Of a stretch of 64,000 nucleotides of DNA, positions 39,501 through 57,200 are shown in pieces. Under the pieces are notes generated by a model. That model had not been told where the DNA came from, ran no database searches, and saw only the letters and a list, made by a program, of their open reading frames with translations. The position numbers were made by a program, and so were the translations under genes. This stretch comes from Macrostomum lignano. Its lineage: Eukaryota. The first letter of the stretch is position 1. Every line of letters starts with the position of its first letter. Where the stretch lies: NCBI GenBank assembly GCA_002269645.1, contig NIVC01002899.1:62001-126000 (forward strand). The letters run 5' to 3'.

Positions 39501-42500
39501 CGGTCCTGTGCACTTTACCCGCAGACCCTGCCTTCTCTAAGGCGGAGGGCGACGTCAGTTCTAAAAATAGAGCAGAGTGACGAGGTCCGGCGAACACTGG
39601 AGCAGCGGGGATTGCCTGCCTACGTGCCCCTCTCCCTTGGTTCAGTCAAGGATTTTTGTTCTTGCTGTTCTTCTTTAGTCTAGTTTTCCAGACTTCGTTC
39701 AGTTGCCCGTTTAAACTATCTGTAATTGGCCTGACTAAACTTAGATGCCAAAGCCAAAGAGAGGCTAACACTGCCTTTCCATGCCAGCCACCCCCTGAGC
39801 CCGGCAGGATCTGCTGACCAGGACGCCTTGTTCATTAATCTGCAAATCTACACGCTGTGCTGAGTTCGTTGACTTGTTTATTTCGTACCGACGGGAAGCT
39901 CACCTCACCGGAGGCCGAGACCTGAAGGAACTGGTGGCAGCACTACCGACGCTACTAAGAGCTACATGTAAGTAATAAAAAGCTTCCGAGAGAAGAGGCT
40001 CGAGACTTAAGGTAAAGCTTAATTAAGTTCCTAAATCGGGAAGCTAACAGCAACTATCTCAAAAGCATAGACTTTAACGCTTACCCAACAACAAGTCCGC
40101 CTTTTTGACATCGTTGTTCATTTTCGAGTCTCTCAGCTGCTCTGCCGGCATTTTCGGCAGGAAATCCGAGCCAAAGACTGGTTTGAACGGCACGTCAAAA
40201 AACAGAGCCGTCTCTGGATTAGCAATGGCTGCGCTGTTGCCGGATTCTTGATATCGCCTCAGATTCTGCTGATATTAGCGTGAGTAGCTCTGCTTCCTCG
40301 CCTTAAACACGTCGCTCATGGCGTTCCAGGTCTGCTGTTGCAGCAGCTCGGGCGTTACCTGGCGCAGGCAGTTGGCAATTCTGATTCCGTCTCTCGTGTT
40401 TCCCGGACGACATTTGGCCAGGTCGGCCAGCGCCAGGGATTTGCTCCATCCGGTCGATCGGCTCTCGCTGGCCCACCAGGCGATGGCGCTGCCGCTGTTG
40501 AGTATGGCTCGCCTGAAGTAGCCCTGAGTGTAGGGCGACAGCAGGTGGTAGCTGACTGACACGGCGCCGGCTGACTCGCCGAACAGCGTGATCTGGCTGT
40601 TGTCTCCGCCAAAGGCACTGTTGGCATTGAAACAAGTCAGATATGATAGTACTCGTAAACTTGGGAAAATCTGTACTTACTACTTAGTGCAATTCAGTAG
40701 TAACTTGCAAACCGGTAGACGGAGAACAAACCAAAGGATTTTGAAGTGAAGCGATAACGATCAAAATTAGGTAAATTTGAGCAGCTACTCACTGAATTGG
40801 AGCAGCTACTCACTGAATTGGAGCAGCTACTCACTGAATTGGAGCAGCTACTCACTGAATTGGAGCAGCTACTCACTGAATTGGAGCAGCTACTCACTGA
40901 ATTGGAGCAGCTACTCACTGAATTGGAGCAGCTACTCATTAAATTGGAGCAGCTACTCACTGAATTGGAGGAGCTACTCACTGAATTGGAGGAGCTACTC
41001 ATAAAATTGGAGCAGCTACTCACTGAATTGGAGCAGCTACTCACTGAATTGGAGCAGCTACTCATTAAATTGGAGCAGCTACTCACTGAATTGGAGCAGC
41101 TACTCACTGAATTGGAGCAGCTACTCACTGAATTGGAGGAGCTACTCATTAAATTGGAGCAGCTACTCATTAAATTGGAGCAGATACTCACTGAATTGGA
41201 GCAGCTACTCACTGAATTGGAGCAGCTACTCACTGAATTGGAGCAGCTACTCACTGAATTGGAGCAGCTACTCACTGAATTGGAGCAGCTACTCATTAAA
41301 TTGGAGCAGCTACTCACTGAATTGGAGGAGCTACTCATAAAATTGGAGCAGCTACTCACTGAATTGGAGCAGCTACTCACTGAATTGGAGCAGCTACTCA
41401 TTAAATTGGAGCAGCTACTCACTGAATTGGAGCAGCTACTCACTGAATTGGAGCAGCTACTCACTGAATTGGAGGAGCTACTCATTAAATTGGAGCAGCT
41501 ACTCATTCAATTGGAGCAGATACTCACTGAATTGGAGCAGCTACTCACTGAATTGGAGCAGCTACTCACTGAATTGGAGCAGCTACTCACTGAATTGGAG
41601 CAGCTACTCACTGAATTGGAGCAGCTACTCACTGAATTGGAGCAGCTACTCACTGAATTGGAGGAGCTACTCATTAAATTGGAGCAGCTACTCATTAAAT
41701 TGGAGCAGATACTCACTGAATTGGAGCAGCTACTCACTGAATTGGAGCAGCTACTCACTGAATTGGAGCAGCTACTCACTGAATTGGAGCAGCTACTCAC
41801 TGAATTGGAGCAGCTACTCACTGAGTTAGGCCATGCAACCCAAAAAATACACTAAAGTTACTTCACTCACCGAATATTTTCGTGAATCCACTGAATCGCT
41901 CTGTACTGGTCGTACAGTCCCGCATTTCCCGGTGCCTCGGTGTCGTCTAAGAACATGAAGCCGAGCGCTCCAGTCCGGTACTGCATCGAGGCGACAACAA
42001 CGTCGCCAGTCGCCGCCAGCACCGCGCCGTCGTAGACTTTGAGCGAGGACGAGCCGCCGAAGAATCCGCCGCCGTAGATCCACACCATGACGGCCTTGCC
42101 AGCGGCGGAGTCAGAAGTTGGCGACCAGACGTTTAGGTAGAGGCAGTCCTCGGACATCTCGGTGTTGTTCCACCACATCATCAGGGCCGGGTTCTGCGCG
42201 GGAGAGAGAGAGAGAGTAGTTGCTGCAGTCGAATAGTTTATTGCGTCTTAGTAGGACAGTCCGCCGGTGTCTAGACAGACGCGCAGCATCTGTTTCTTAG
42301 AAAACTTTCCCAGAAAACTCTGCACGGCTTTAAATAGAAAATTTTTATATCGCCAAGGAATTGGTCACAATGTGCCGTTAAAAATCTGTCGCTAGAAATT
42401 TGTCGCTAGAAATGTGTCACTAGAAATGTGTCGCTAGAAATGTGTCGCTAGAAATGTGTCGCTAGAAATGTGTCACTAGAAATGTGTCGCTAGAAATGTG

Positions 42501-43789
42501 TCACTAGAAATGTGTCGTTAGAAATGTGTCGTTAGAAATTTGTCGCTAGAAATGTGTCGCTAGAAATGTGTCGCTAGAAATGTGTCACTAGAAATGTGTC
42601 GCTAGAAATGTGTCACTAGAAATGTGTCGTTAGAAATGTGTCGTTAGAAATTTGTCGCTAGAAATGTGTCGCTAGAAATGTGTCGCTAGAAATGTGTCGC
42701 TAGAAATGTGTCGTTAGAAATGTGTCGCTAGAAATGTGTCGTTAGAAATGTGTCGCTAGAAATGTGTCACTAGAAATGTGTCGCTAGAAATTTGTCGCTA
42801 GAAATGTGTCGCTAGAAATGTGTCGCTATAAATGTGTCGTTAGAAATGTGTCGCTAGAAATATGTTGTTAGAAATGTGTCGTTAGAAATGTGTCGTTAGA
42901 AATATGTCGTTAGAAATGTGTCGTTAGAAATGTGTCGCTAGAAATGTGTCGCTAGAAATGTGTCGCTAGAAATGTGTCGCTAGAAATGTGTCGCTAGAAA
43001 TGTGTCGCTAGAAATTTGTCGCTAGAAATGTGTCGCTAGAAATGTGTCGCTATAAATGTGTCGTTAGAAATGTGTCGCTAGAAATATGTTGTTAGAAATG
43101 TGTCGTTAGAAATGTGTCGTTAGAAATATGTCGTTAGAAATGTGTCGTTAGAAATGTGTCGCTAGAAATGTGTCGCTAGAAATTTGTCGCTAGAAATGTG
43201 TCGCTAGAAATGTGTCGCTAGAAATGTGTCGCTAGAAATTTGTCGCTAGAAATGTGTCGCTAGAAATCTGTCGCTAGAAATGTGGCACGGTATGTTCCGG
43301 GCAGAAAGTGTCCGGAAGAGACATTTCAACTCGTTGGCTAGCACTCAAAAGACGTAGACCCGCGTTACTCAAATTCATTCAAATCCCTTGTAAATGATAT
43401 CCCCTGTGCGAACAAAACCAAGTCATTAAAAAGCATCAAAGACTCACCGTCTTTTCGAACTCCTGCGGACTCAGGGGCCAGTAGTAGCAGGCCTTCGGTT
43501 TCTTCGAGGCATCGTATGGCAGGCTGCTGTTGCCAATAGGTGAGTCCAGCGGCACCGAGGGCTTGAAGCGCAGCGCTCCCACGGGCGGCTTGGCGTAGGG
43601 AATGCCCAGGTAGCTCCACACCGTTCGGCTGCGGACTGTGCTGGTGAAGCCTTGGATGCTGGAGCCGTTGGTCAGGTTGACCGTGTGCCGAGGGGCTGCT
43701 GCTTGGGCCTCGGAGCCCATTGGCTGCAGCAGAACAGCACTCATTGCTGCTACTAGAAGCCACTGCGGTAGCAAGCCGATCCTCAGCAT
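36505..43789 (-). CDS. ace: Cholinesterase B (AChE-like, signal peptide plus GPI signal); exons 43789-43448, 42193-41871, 40617-40085, 39069-38461, 37487-37288, 36629-36505; in-frame TAA at 40277-40275 and 1-nt frameshift near 38533 (possible pseudogene)
   Basis: LGIPYAKPP, SEDCLYLNVW, YGGGF, FGESAG, GVVKDEG, GVMHGYE, FWTNFARTG-NPN and last exon YDCSS...SSANALQGKLAFIILVAGLVQLSLL*. The frame continues unbroken after the TAA, which aligns to TAC (Tyr) in paralog A. Confidence 0.9.
37525..38325. repeat. 23-bp minisatellite (TCTAGACTCTAGATGAACAAGCC)n in ChE-B intron 4
   Basis: Tandem units with CTTTATATG and CTTAATATG variants. Confidence 0.94.
39154..39966. mobile_element. Possible solo LTR in ChE-B intron 3
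   Basis: GC-richer 813-bp block starting TGTAG and ending CTACA (5-bp inverted termini). No target-site duplication was found. Confidence 0.3.
40777..41823. repeat. 21-bp minisatellite (TTGGAGCAGCTACTCACTGAA)n in ChE-B intron 2
   Basis: About 50 copies; source of the LEQLLTE pseudo-coiled-coil ORF. Confidence 0.96.
42385..43282. repeat. 14-bp minisatellite (TAGAAATGTGTCGC)n in ChE-B intron 1
   Basis: Same unit as in ChE-A intron 1, about three times longer. Confidence 0.96.
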
Positions 43790-43824
43790 GGCCTGTTGCC
43801 TGGTGAGTAAATAGGTGATAAGTC

Positions 43825-44941
<1,117 letters not shown>

Positions 44942-45419
44942 TAATTTTAGTAGATAGATAGCCCTTACTTACTTTTAATAAATCGAATTGGAATCGAAGT
45001 GCGGTGCAGGTTCAGTGCGCAGTCTCTTTGCTCGCCATGCGCATAATCTATTATAAATGCCAGATGCCGCAGCATGTCTCTAATTATGCAGAAAAGCAGA
45101 GAGAGAAAAGCAATTTTCTGTTGGTAGGACAAGACAGAAAATAAAAAAAAACAATGGTGTACAATGGCAGTATAGGCAGAGATTCAGGCAACCGAGATTC
45201 TGCCAGAGACGGAATACCCCACAGGCGAGAAAGAAAGAATTTCGCGGTTTCAGAAAGATTTATCTACTAACTACCATGGAATTAGCGCTTCCACTCACAT
45301 AGTATGCTCTGTATGTGGCAGGAATCCAATGGTAAAGACAATCGGCAGACACATTGGTAGATGTATATAGACAAGTAGATACAAAGGGTGGATAGAAAAG
45401 TCGATAGACAGGTGGATAC

Positions 45420-46032
45420 TTAGTTAGATTGACAAGTGGATAGACAGGTAGATAGACAGGTAGATAGGCAGATAGCTAGACAGATGGATACACAGGTAGC
45501 AGCTATACAGGTAGATAGACAGGTAGATGGACAGGTAGATGGACAGGTAGATGGACAGGTAGATAGACAGGTAGATGGACAGGTAGATATAGACAGGTAG
45601 ATGGACAGGTAGCTATACAGGTAGATAGACAGATAGATGGACAGGTAGATGGACAGGTAGATGAACAGGTGTATGGACAGGTAGATGGACAGGTAGATGG
45701 ACAGGTAGATGGACAGTTAGATAGACAGATAGATGGACAGGTAGCTATACAGGTAGATAGACAGATAGATGGACAGGTAGATAGACAGGTAGATGGACAG
45801 GTAGATGGACAGGTAGATGGACAGGTAGATGGACAGTTAGATAGACAGATAGATGGACAGGTAGATAGACAGGTAGATGGACAGGTAGATGGACAGGTAG
45901 ATAGACAGGTAGATAGACAGGTAGATGGACAGGTAGATGGACAGGTAGATGAACAGGTAGATAGACAGGTAGATGGACAGGTAGATGGACAGGTAGATAG
46001 ACAGGTAGATGGACAAGTAGATGGACAGGTAG
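45420..46032. repeat. 12-bp minisatellite (GACAGGTAGATG)n
   Basis: Tandem 12-mers derived from GATA/GACA units. Confidence 0.93.
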
Positions 46033-46719
46033 ATAGTATTAGTCTAGGCAGAGCATAAACGGACACGTCTGCCCCAGATGCAGCACTAGTGCAAATCAGT
46101 GCTGGCCAAATGGGTTTGCACTGACTGACCCATATAGCCAGACAATGGGAAGTGCTAGTTGAAGGTCTCTTCACGAAGAGCTCACAATAGCCCCCAGCTT
46201 GAGAACAGTGTAAAAGAAAATACCTACTCCAGCTTCACAGTGGGGCACATGACCCAAAACTAGCACTCAGAGCTGGGCTAATTTGGGTCAGCTCGCTTAT
46301 TGTTCTGGTTATAGCTAAATATTTGCGAACCCGTGGGAATTGCTCCTGATGGTGTTAAATCGCGGAAAAAATTTAAGACAAAAGAGTTTAAAAAAAACTT
46401 GACCACTAAGCTAAGCAGACTATAATGGCTGCAATTTGCATACCGATATTTTTTATTCACTTTTAATTTAAATATGACGTTAACAGCATCTTTCTACTTA
46501 ATTTGGTAGTGAGTAGTATATTTCGCAAAATCATTTATAATCTGATGAATTGAAACGAATGCAGATAAATTGAAATAGCAAAAGATTGCAGTACTAAATT
46601 AAAAACTTGAAAGTAGTTCTCGGTCCCATTATTTTAATGTTAAAAGTATTGTAAAAATCAATTTTATTGATGTAAACTTTTGAGCACATTGGATCGAATA
46701 AATTAGGTAAATTGGGATG

Positions 46720-46965
46720 ATAGAGTAGATCGGGTGGTAGAGTAGATCGGGTGGTAGAGTAGGTCAGGTGGTAGAGTAGATCGGGTAGTAGACTAAGATC
46801 GAGTGGTAGAGTAGCTCGGGTGGTAGAGTAGATCGGGTGGTAGAGTAGATCGAGTGGCAGAGTAGATCGGGTGGTAGAGTAGATCGGCTAGTAGACTAAG
46901 ATCGATTGGTAGAGTAGATCGAGTGGTAGAGTAGATCAGGTGGTAGAGTAGATCTGGTAGAGTAG
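46720..46965. repeat. 20-bp minisatellite (GTAGATCGGGTGGTAGA..)n
   Basis: About 12 degenerate copies just downstream of the SDR stop. Confidence 0.88.
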
Positions 46966-47047
46966 AGAAAAGCAGAGAAACAAACTGGCAGATACAGCAG
47001 CGAATCCCCAAGCGCACCCAACAGCAGCTGAAATGTCGGTTCCGCAT

Positions 47048-50404
<3,357 letters not shown>

Positions 50405-51244
50405 CTTAGCGGCGCTTACATTAGTGGCATGTAGCGTAAAATAAAATCCGTCTATTTAATAAGATTGTTGTTTGTTAAAAATATTGAATGTGATTGGCTG
50501 CGCAGCAGACCATAAAATTTCAGGCTTCCAGCAGTAACTTTTCAGGCTTGTATAAAATTATTTGCAAATGTATAGAAGAATTGACACATTTCAGTGGTGA
50601 TTACCGGTATATAACCAGCATAATTGCAAATAAAAAGAGCGAAATACAGTCTCGTGAAGTTAAAGATACTACTACTAAGCTATTGAAGGTGTGCTCGGTG
50701 GAAAAGTGCATCACGTGCATGTAAAATATTGGATGTTCTCTTCCCGATATTAATTAATGTAGGAATTTATGAAACATACGTTTTAAGAGTTTATCAAAAC
50801 AGCATTTTCTCAAAAAGGCATATAGACAAAACTTCTCGTATATGGAATGCTACCTGTCGCTCGAATAATGTTAATAATGTATACACTAAATCCCCTTAGG
50901 TATAAATTGATCGAGAAGACACATTTGAAACATATTAAAACAAATTTAAAATTTTCTCTGCGCGGAAATTTTTGCTAGAGTATAACAAATCATTGCATGT
51001 CTAGCTAGTAGAACACAACTAAGGTGTTTAGTTACTCGACTATTCCAAAATATATTTAAGTATTAAAGTTGAACAGTTACATGGTTTTTTAAGCATCATT
51101 AGAGACAATCTCGGTTTTTAACATGTTAGTGAGTGTCGATTTTTACATGGTAGGATCAGAAACACTGCTATCATAATATGTTGTTATTGTTAACGATGCC
51201 AGCAGACACATTCTAACCTAATAAATATCACTTAAACTTAAGCC
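50405..51244. promoter_or_regulatory. Putative bidirectional promoter region between divergent SDR and CNBD start codons (second copy 53444-54282)
   Basis: Start codons are about 840 bp apart, head to head, in AT-rich sequence. Promoter function is inferred only from geometry. Confidence 0.45.
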
Positions 51245-52217
51245 ATGGATGAATCTACAAAACCAATTAACTATGATTTCCTTCGGAAGCTCGTTGGTAT
51301 TGAAGGACTTTCAAACGTGTAAGTAGGACATTCAAATGATGATTAATAATTTTGACTGAACCCTCTGAACCTATTTTTTTGCTTGGTTTATTTGTTGAAA
51401 TAAAACTATTCAATCAATTTAACCATGCTTTATTTTTATCATTTGATTATGGCTAATTTACTCTGATATAAAAGCTTTTAAGTCGTATGATCGTTCAAAC
51501 TTATGGACTTTAATGATTTTTTTATATTGACATTACTTATTTAAGTTACAGGTTACAGCTGCATTACAAACATTTGATCTATTTATTAATAATATGAATG
51601 AATTTGATGGAAAAATTTTTATTTTTAGTAAGAATATATACCTGGGACGGAGGCAGACAAGCAAAAAATATTTGGAAAAATTTATTAGACATATTTTTTA
51701 CACTTTTTATAGGCCTATTTAATTTACATTCATTGTAAATTGATCATTAAAAATGTTTGAAATAGTATTTACGCATTTCAAAACTTCCATACAGTAAATT
51801 CATGAATTTGCACTAGAGTAATATTTAAACATTGAAGTATTAAAGTTGGGAAATCACTGGAATTATTAATTGAATTTCAGTTTGATTAGTATTTTTATAA
51901 CCCCAACCCCATTTTTGTTTTAGTTTGCAAAAGCGCAGCACGGCCGATGCGCACGCCGAAGTGATGCGCAATTATCACCGAGTTTTCGTCGACTCGGCAG
52001 CCCCGAGCCGCCTGCCGCCGTTGCACACCGAGAAGCGGTTCTCCGACCGGGCTAGTTTGAGAATCACTCAGCCGCCTGCCGCCGAGCTGCCAGCCGACCG
52101 GAGCTGCTGCGCCCAGCAACAGCCGGGCGGCGGAGGCTCCCTGCTGGCCATCGAGTACAAGCCGCACGACATTCGCGAGTTCACCAGGCGGGCCCACGCC
52201 AATAGCAAAGTTGGCAA
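51245..52217 (+). CDS. Duplicated copy of CNBD gene exons 1-2 (51245-51318, 51924-52217)
   Basis: Appears identical to 54283-54356 and 54962-55255, with intact splice sites. Confidence 0.75.
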
Positions 52218-52423
52218 GTGACAATCCTACTTAATTGCTGCTATTGTTATTGGAAGTTCATCTGTTTCTACTTATAGTAGCTTCCATGAGCGATTGATCG
52301 GCACGATTGTGTTGTGTTGTTACACTCCCACTGTAGGTCAGTTCTCGCAGGGCAAAGCGCATTTATCCAAAAGGAAGTTTTCCATTATTGTAGACTTTAT
52401 TATGTCTAATTCATGTGTCGCTT

Positions 52424-53028
52424 GGCGCCAAATCGGGTGTCAGATGAGCGCCAAATCGGGTATCAGGTGAGCGCTAAATCGGGTGTCAGATGAGCGCCAA
52501 ATCGGGTATCAGATGGCGCCAAATCGGGTGTCAGATGAGCGTCAAATCGGGTGTCAGATGAGCGCCAAATCGGGTGTCAGATGAGCGCCAAATCGGGTGT
52601 CAGATGAGCGCCAAATCAGGTGTCAGATGAGCGCCAAATCGGGTGTCAGATGAGCGCCAAATCGGGTGTCAGATGAGCGTCAAATCGGGTGTCAGATGAG
52701 CGCCAAATCGGGTGTCAGATGAGCGCCAAATCGGGTGTCAGATGAGCGCCAAATCAGGTGTCAGATGAGCGCCAAATCGGGTGTCAGATGAGCGTCAAAT
52801 CGGGTGTCAGATGAGCGCCAAATCGGGTGTCAGATGAGCGCCAAATCGGGTGTCAGATGAGCGCCAAATCTGGTGTCAGATGAGCGCCAAATCGGGTGTC
52901 AGATGAGCGCCAAATCGGGTGTCAGATGAGCGCCAAATCGGGTGTCAGATGAGCTTCAAATCGGGTGTCAGATGAGCTTCAAATCGGGTGTCAGATGAGC
53001 GCCAAATCGGGTGTCAGATAAGCGCCAA
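52424..53028. repeat. 23-bp satellite array 2 (junction of the duplication)
   Basis: The 5' variant order matches array 3 and the 3' end matches array 1. Confidence 0.95.
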
Positions 53029-53171
53029 ATTGATGCCAAATTAGATGACAGAAGATCACGGCAAAGACATAAGTGCATAAGCACGGACCGTCGGGTTTTA
53101 GGGTTTGAAAAAGTGGTGAAACATGAAAGAAAACAAATTCCATGTAGCTGCTGTGCGTGGCCGAGGCTCAC

Positions 53172-53443
53172 CTCACTAGCAGGTACACAGTCGCGCCTCG
53201 ACTAGCGAACTCGAAGGCGCACTCGGCCCCGATCCCGCTGCTGGCGCCAGTCAGTAGGACTGTCTGCCCGCTGAACTGATCCTGCGATAGTCGGCCAGAT
53301 ACGTTCGACACCTTGGATCGATTTCTGCATGCGAAACAGAGGCCAACGGCTAGGCAAACTGAAGCGGGGAGCAGTATAATCAGTACTGCAGCTAGGAGTA
53401 CACTGAGCACTAAATTGCCTAAATTGTAGTTGTAAAAATCCAT
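53172..53443 (-). CDS. Duplicated copy of SDR exon 1
   Basis: Same exon with two amino-acid differences (S9G, I58S); donor GTGAG|GTGAGC is intact. Confidence 0.8.
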
Positions 53444-54282
53444 TTTAGCGGCGCTTACAGTAGTGGCATGTAGCGTAAAATAAATTCTGTCTATTTAATA
53501 AGATTGTTGCTTGTTAAAAATATTGAATGTGATTGGCTGCGCAGCAGACCATACAATTTCAGGCTTTCAGCAGTAACTTTTCAGGCTTGTATAAAATTAT
53601 TTGCACATGTATAGAAGAAATATTGACACACTTCAGTTGTGATTACCGGTATATAACCAGCATAATTGCAAATAAAAAGAGCGAAATACAGTCTCGTGAA
53701 GTTAGAGATACTACTACTAAGCTATTGAAGGTGTGCTTCGTGGAAAAGTGCAGTGTAACATATTGGATGTTCTCTTCCCGATATTAATTAATGTTGGAAT
53801 TTATGAAACAAATTACGTTTTAAGAGTTTATCAAAAATAGTATTTTCTCAAAAAGGCATATAGACAAAACTTCTCGTATGTAATGCTACCTGTCGCTCGA
53901 ATAATGTTAATAATGTATACACTAAATCCCCTTAGGTATAAATTGATCGTGAAGACATGTTTGAAACATATTATAAAACACATTTGAAATTTTCTCTGCA
54001 CGGTAATTTTTGCTAAAGTATAACAAATTATTGCATGTCTAGCTAGTAGAACGCAACTAAGGTGTTTAGTTACTCGAATATTCCAAAATATGTTTAAATA
54101 TTGAAGTTGAATAGATACATTGTTTTTTAAGCACCATTCGAGACAATATTGGTTTTTAACATGTTAGTGAGTGTCGATTTTTACATGGTAGGATCAGAAA
54201 CACTGCTATCATAATATGTTGTTATTGTTAACGATGCCAGCAGACACATTCTAACCTAATAAATATCACTTAAACTTAAGCC

Positions 54283-57200
54283 ATGGATGAATCTACAAAA
54301 CCAATTAACTATGATTTCCTTCGGAAGCTCGTTGGTATTGAAGGACTTTCAAACGTGTAAGTAGGACATTCAAATGATGATTAAGAATTTTGACTGAACC
54401 CTCTGAACCTATTTTTTTGCTTGGTTTATTTGTTGAAATAAAACTATTCAATCAATTTAACCATGCTTTATTTTTATCATTTGATTATGGCTAATTTACT
54501 CTGATATAAAAGCTTTTAAGTCGTATGATCGTTCAAACTTATGGACTTTAATGATTTTTTTATATTGACATTACTTATTTAAGTTACAGGTTACAGCTGC
54601 ATTACAAACATTTGATCTATTTATTAATAATATGAATGAATTTGATGGAAAAAATTTTATTTTTAGTAAGAATATATACCTGGGACGGAGGCAGACAAGC
54701 AAAAAATATTTGGAAAAATTTATTAGACATATTTTTTACACTTTTTATAGGCCTATTTAATTTACATTCATTGTAAATTGATCATTAAAAATGTTTGAAA
54801 TAGTATTTACGCATTTCAAAACTTCCATACAGTAAATTCATGAATTTGCACTAGAGTAATATTTAAACATTGAAGTATTAAAGTTGGGAAATCACTGGAA
54901 TTATTAATTGAATTTCAGTTTGATTAGTATTTTTATAACCCCAACCCCATTTTTGTTTTAGTTTGCAAAAGCGCAGCACGGCCGATGCGCACGCCGAAGT
55001 GATGCGCAATTATCACCGAGTTTTCGTCGACTCGGCAGCCCCGAGCCGCCTGCCGCCGTTGCACACCGAGAAGCGGTTCTCCGACCGGGCTAGTTTGAGA
55101 ATCACTCAGCCGCCTGCCGCCGAGCTGCCAGCCGACCGGAGCTGCTGCGCCCAGCAACAGCCGGGCGGCGGAGGCTCCCTGCTGGCCATCGAGTACAAGC
55201 CGCACGACATTCGCGAGTTCACCAGGCGGGCCCACGCCAATAGCAAAGTTGGCAAGTGACAATCCTACTTAATTGCTGCTATTGTTATTGGAAGTTCATC
55301 TGTTTCTACTTATAGTAGCTTCCATGAGCGATTGATCGGCACGATTGTGTTGTGTTGTTACACTCCCACTGTAGGTCAGTTCTCGCAGGGCAAAGCGCAT
55401 TTATCCAAAAGGAAGTTTTCCATTATTGTAGACTTTATTATGTCTAATTCATGTGTCGCTTGGCGCCAAATCGGGTGTCAGATGAGCGCCAAATCGGGTA
55501 TCAGGTGAGCGCTAAATCGGGTGTCAGATGAGCGCCAAATCGGGTATCAGATGGCGCCAAATCGGGTGTCAGATGAGCGTCAAATCGGGTGTCAGATGAG
55601 CGCCAAATCGGGTGTCAGATGAGCGCCAAATCGGGTGTCAGATGAGCGCCAAATCAGGTGTCAGATGAGCGCCAAATCGGGTGTCAGATGAGCGCCAAAT
55701 CGGGTGTCAGATGAGCGTCAAATCGGGTGTCAGATGAGCGCCAAATCGGGTGTCAGATGAGCGCCAAATCGGGTGTCAGATGAGCGCCAAATCAGGTGTC
55801 AGATGAGCGCCAAATCGGGTGTCAGATGAGCGTCAAATCGGGTGTCAGATGAGCGCCAAATCGGGTGTCAGATGAGCGCCAAATCGGGTGTCAGATGAGC
55901 GCCAAATCTGGTGTCAGATGAGCGCCAAATCGGGTGTCAGATGAGCGCCAAATCGGGTGTCAGATGAGCGCCAAATCGGGTGTCAGATGAGCGCCAAATC
56001 TGGTGTCAGATGACGTTAAAATCGAGATCGAAATAGTAATACTCAACTGAATGAATTTACTGAATGAACAGTCAAAATTTCGCGGGAAGTTTGCCCGTCA
56101 GCTATAAAAATAGCTTGATAAACTTTTGAGTGCACCTCGGACAGAACACATTCGTGCTTTGTCAATGATTTGGCGATTTTAGTGCGCGTCCTTCTACTTT
56201 AACTGTCCATGCCTAGCAACTGGCTAAGCCCAGCTCCTGCTGCACCCCCCCCCACCAACCGCAGCAGCAGCGTCCGCCAAGCCCACCAAGCACGCGGTGG
56301 TGCAGGCCCTCCGCCGGCTGCTCAAACAGCCAATGTATGAGAGAACCGCCGAGGAGAACGACAAAATCTACCAGCTGATGCGCAACATCGAACCGTTGAG
56401 CAGTCAAGTGTCGGACAGTCTACTGAAAGAGCTGGCTACAGTTGTTATACTGGAACGATGGCCGGAAGGTGACGTCACCCTGCTGGCGCACGGGTCTTTG
56501 TTCCTGGTGCTGCACGGCTGCGCGGTGGCGCTCACCGAGCCTTCTATGCACGGCATGGACGATGCGGACGAGGCCGCTTTTATTGAACGCTGCCGGACGC
56601 TGGAGAAGGATGAGCAGCAGGTGGTGAGTAGATCGAGTTTTACTCCACTTTTTCTCTTCATCCCTTCCTGCATCTCTTCATCCCTCCCTGCATCTCTCCA
56701 TCATTCCCTGCATCTCTCCATCCCTCCCTGCATCTCTCCATCATTCCCTGCATCTCTCCATCATTCCCTGCATCTCTCCATCCCTCCCTGCATCTCTCCA
56801 TCATTCCCTGCATCTCTCCATCCCTCCCTGCATCTCTCCATCATTCCCTGCATCTCTCCATCCCTCCCTGCATCTCTCCATCATTCCCTGCATCTCTCCA
56901 TCCCTCCCTGCATCTCTCCATCATTCCCTGCATCTCTCCATCATTCCCTGCATCTCTCCATCCCTCCCTGCATCTCTCCATCATTCCCTGCATCTCTCCA
57001 TTTCTCCCTGCATCTCTCCATCCCTCCCTGCATCTCTCCATCATTCCCTGCATCTCTCCATCCCTCCCTGCATCTCTCCATCATTCCCTGCATCTCTCCA
57101 TCCCTCCCTGCATCTCTCCATCATTCCCTGCATCTCTCCATCATTCCCTGCATCTCTCCATCCCTCCCTGCATCTCTCCATCATTCCCTGCATCTCTCCA

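Noticed and set aside
40797-41855. 352-aa perfect heptad coiled-coil ORF (LEQLLTE)n
   Set aside because: It is a 21-bp minisatellite antisense within ChE-B intron 2, with no ATG and no unique coding flanks. The heptad period simply follows from the unit length.
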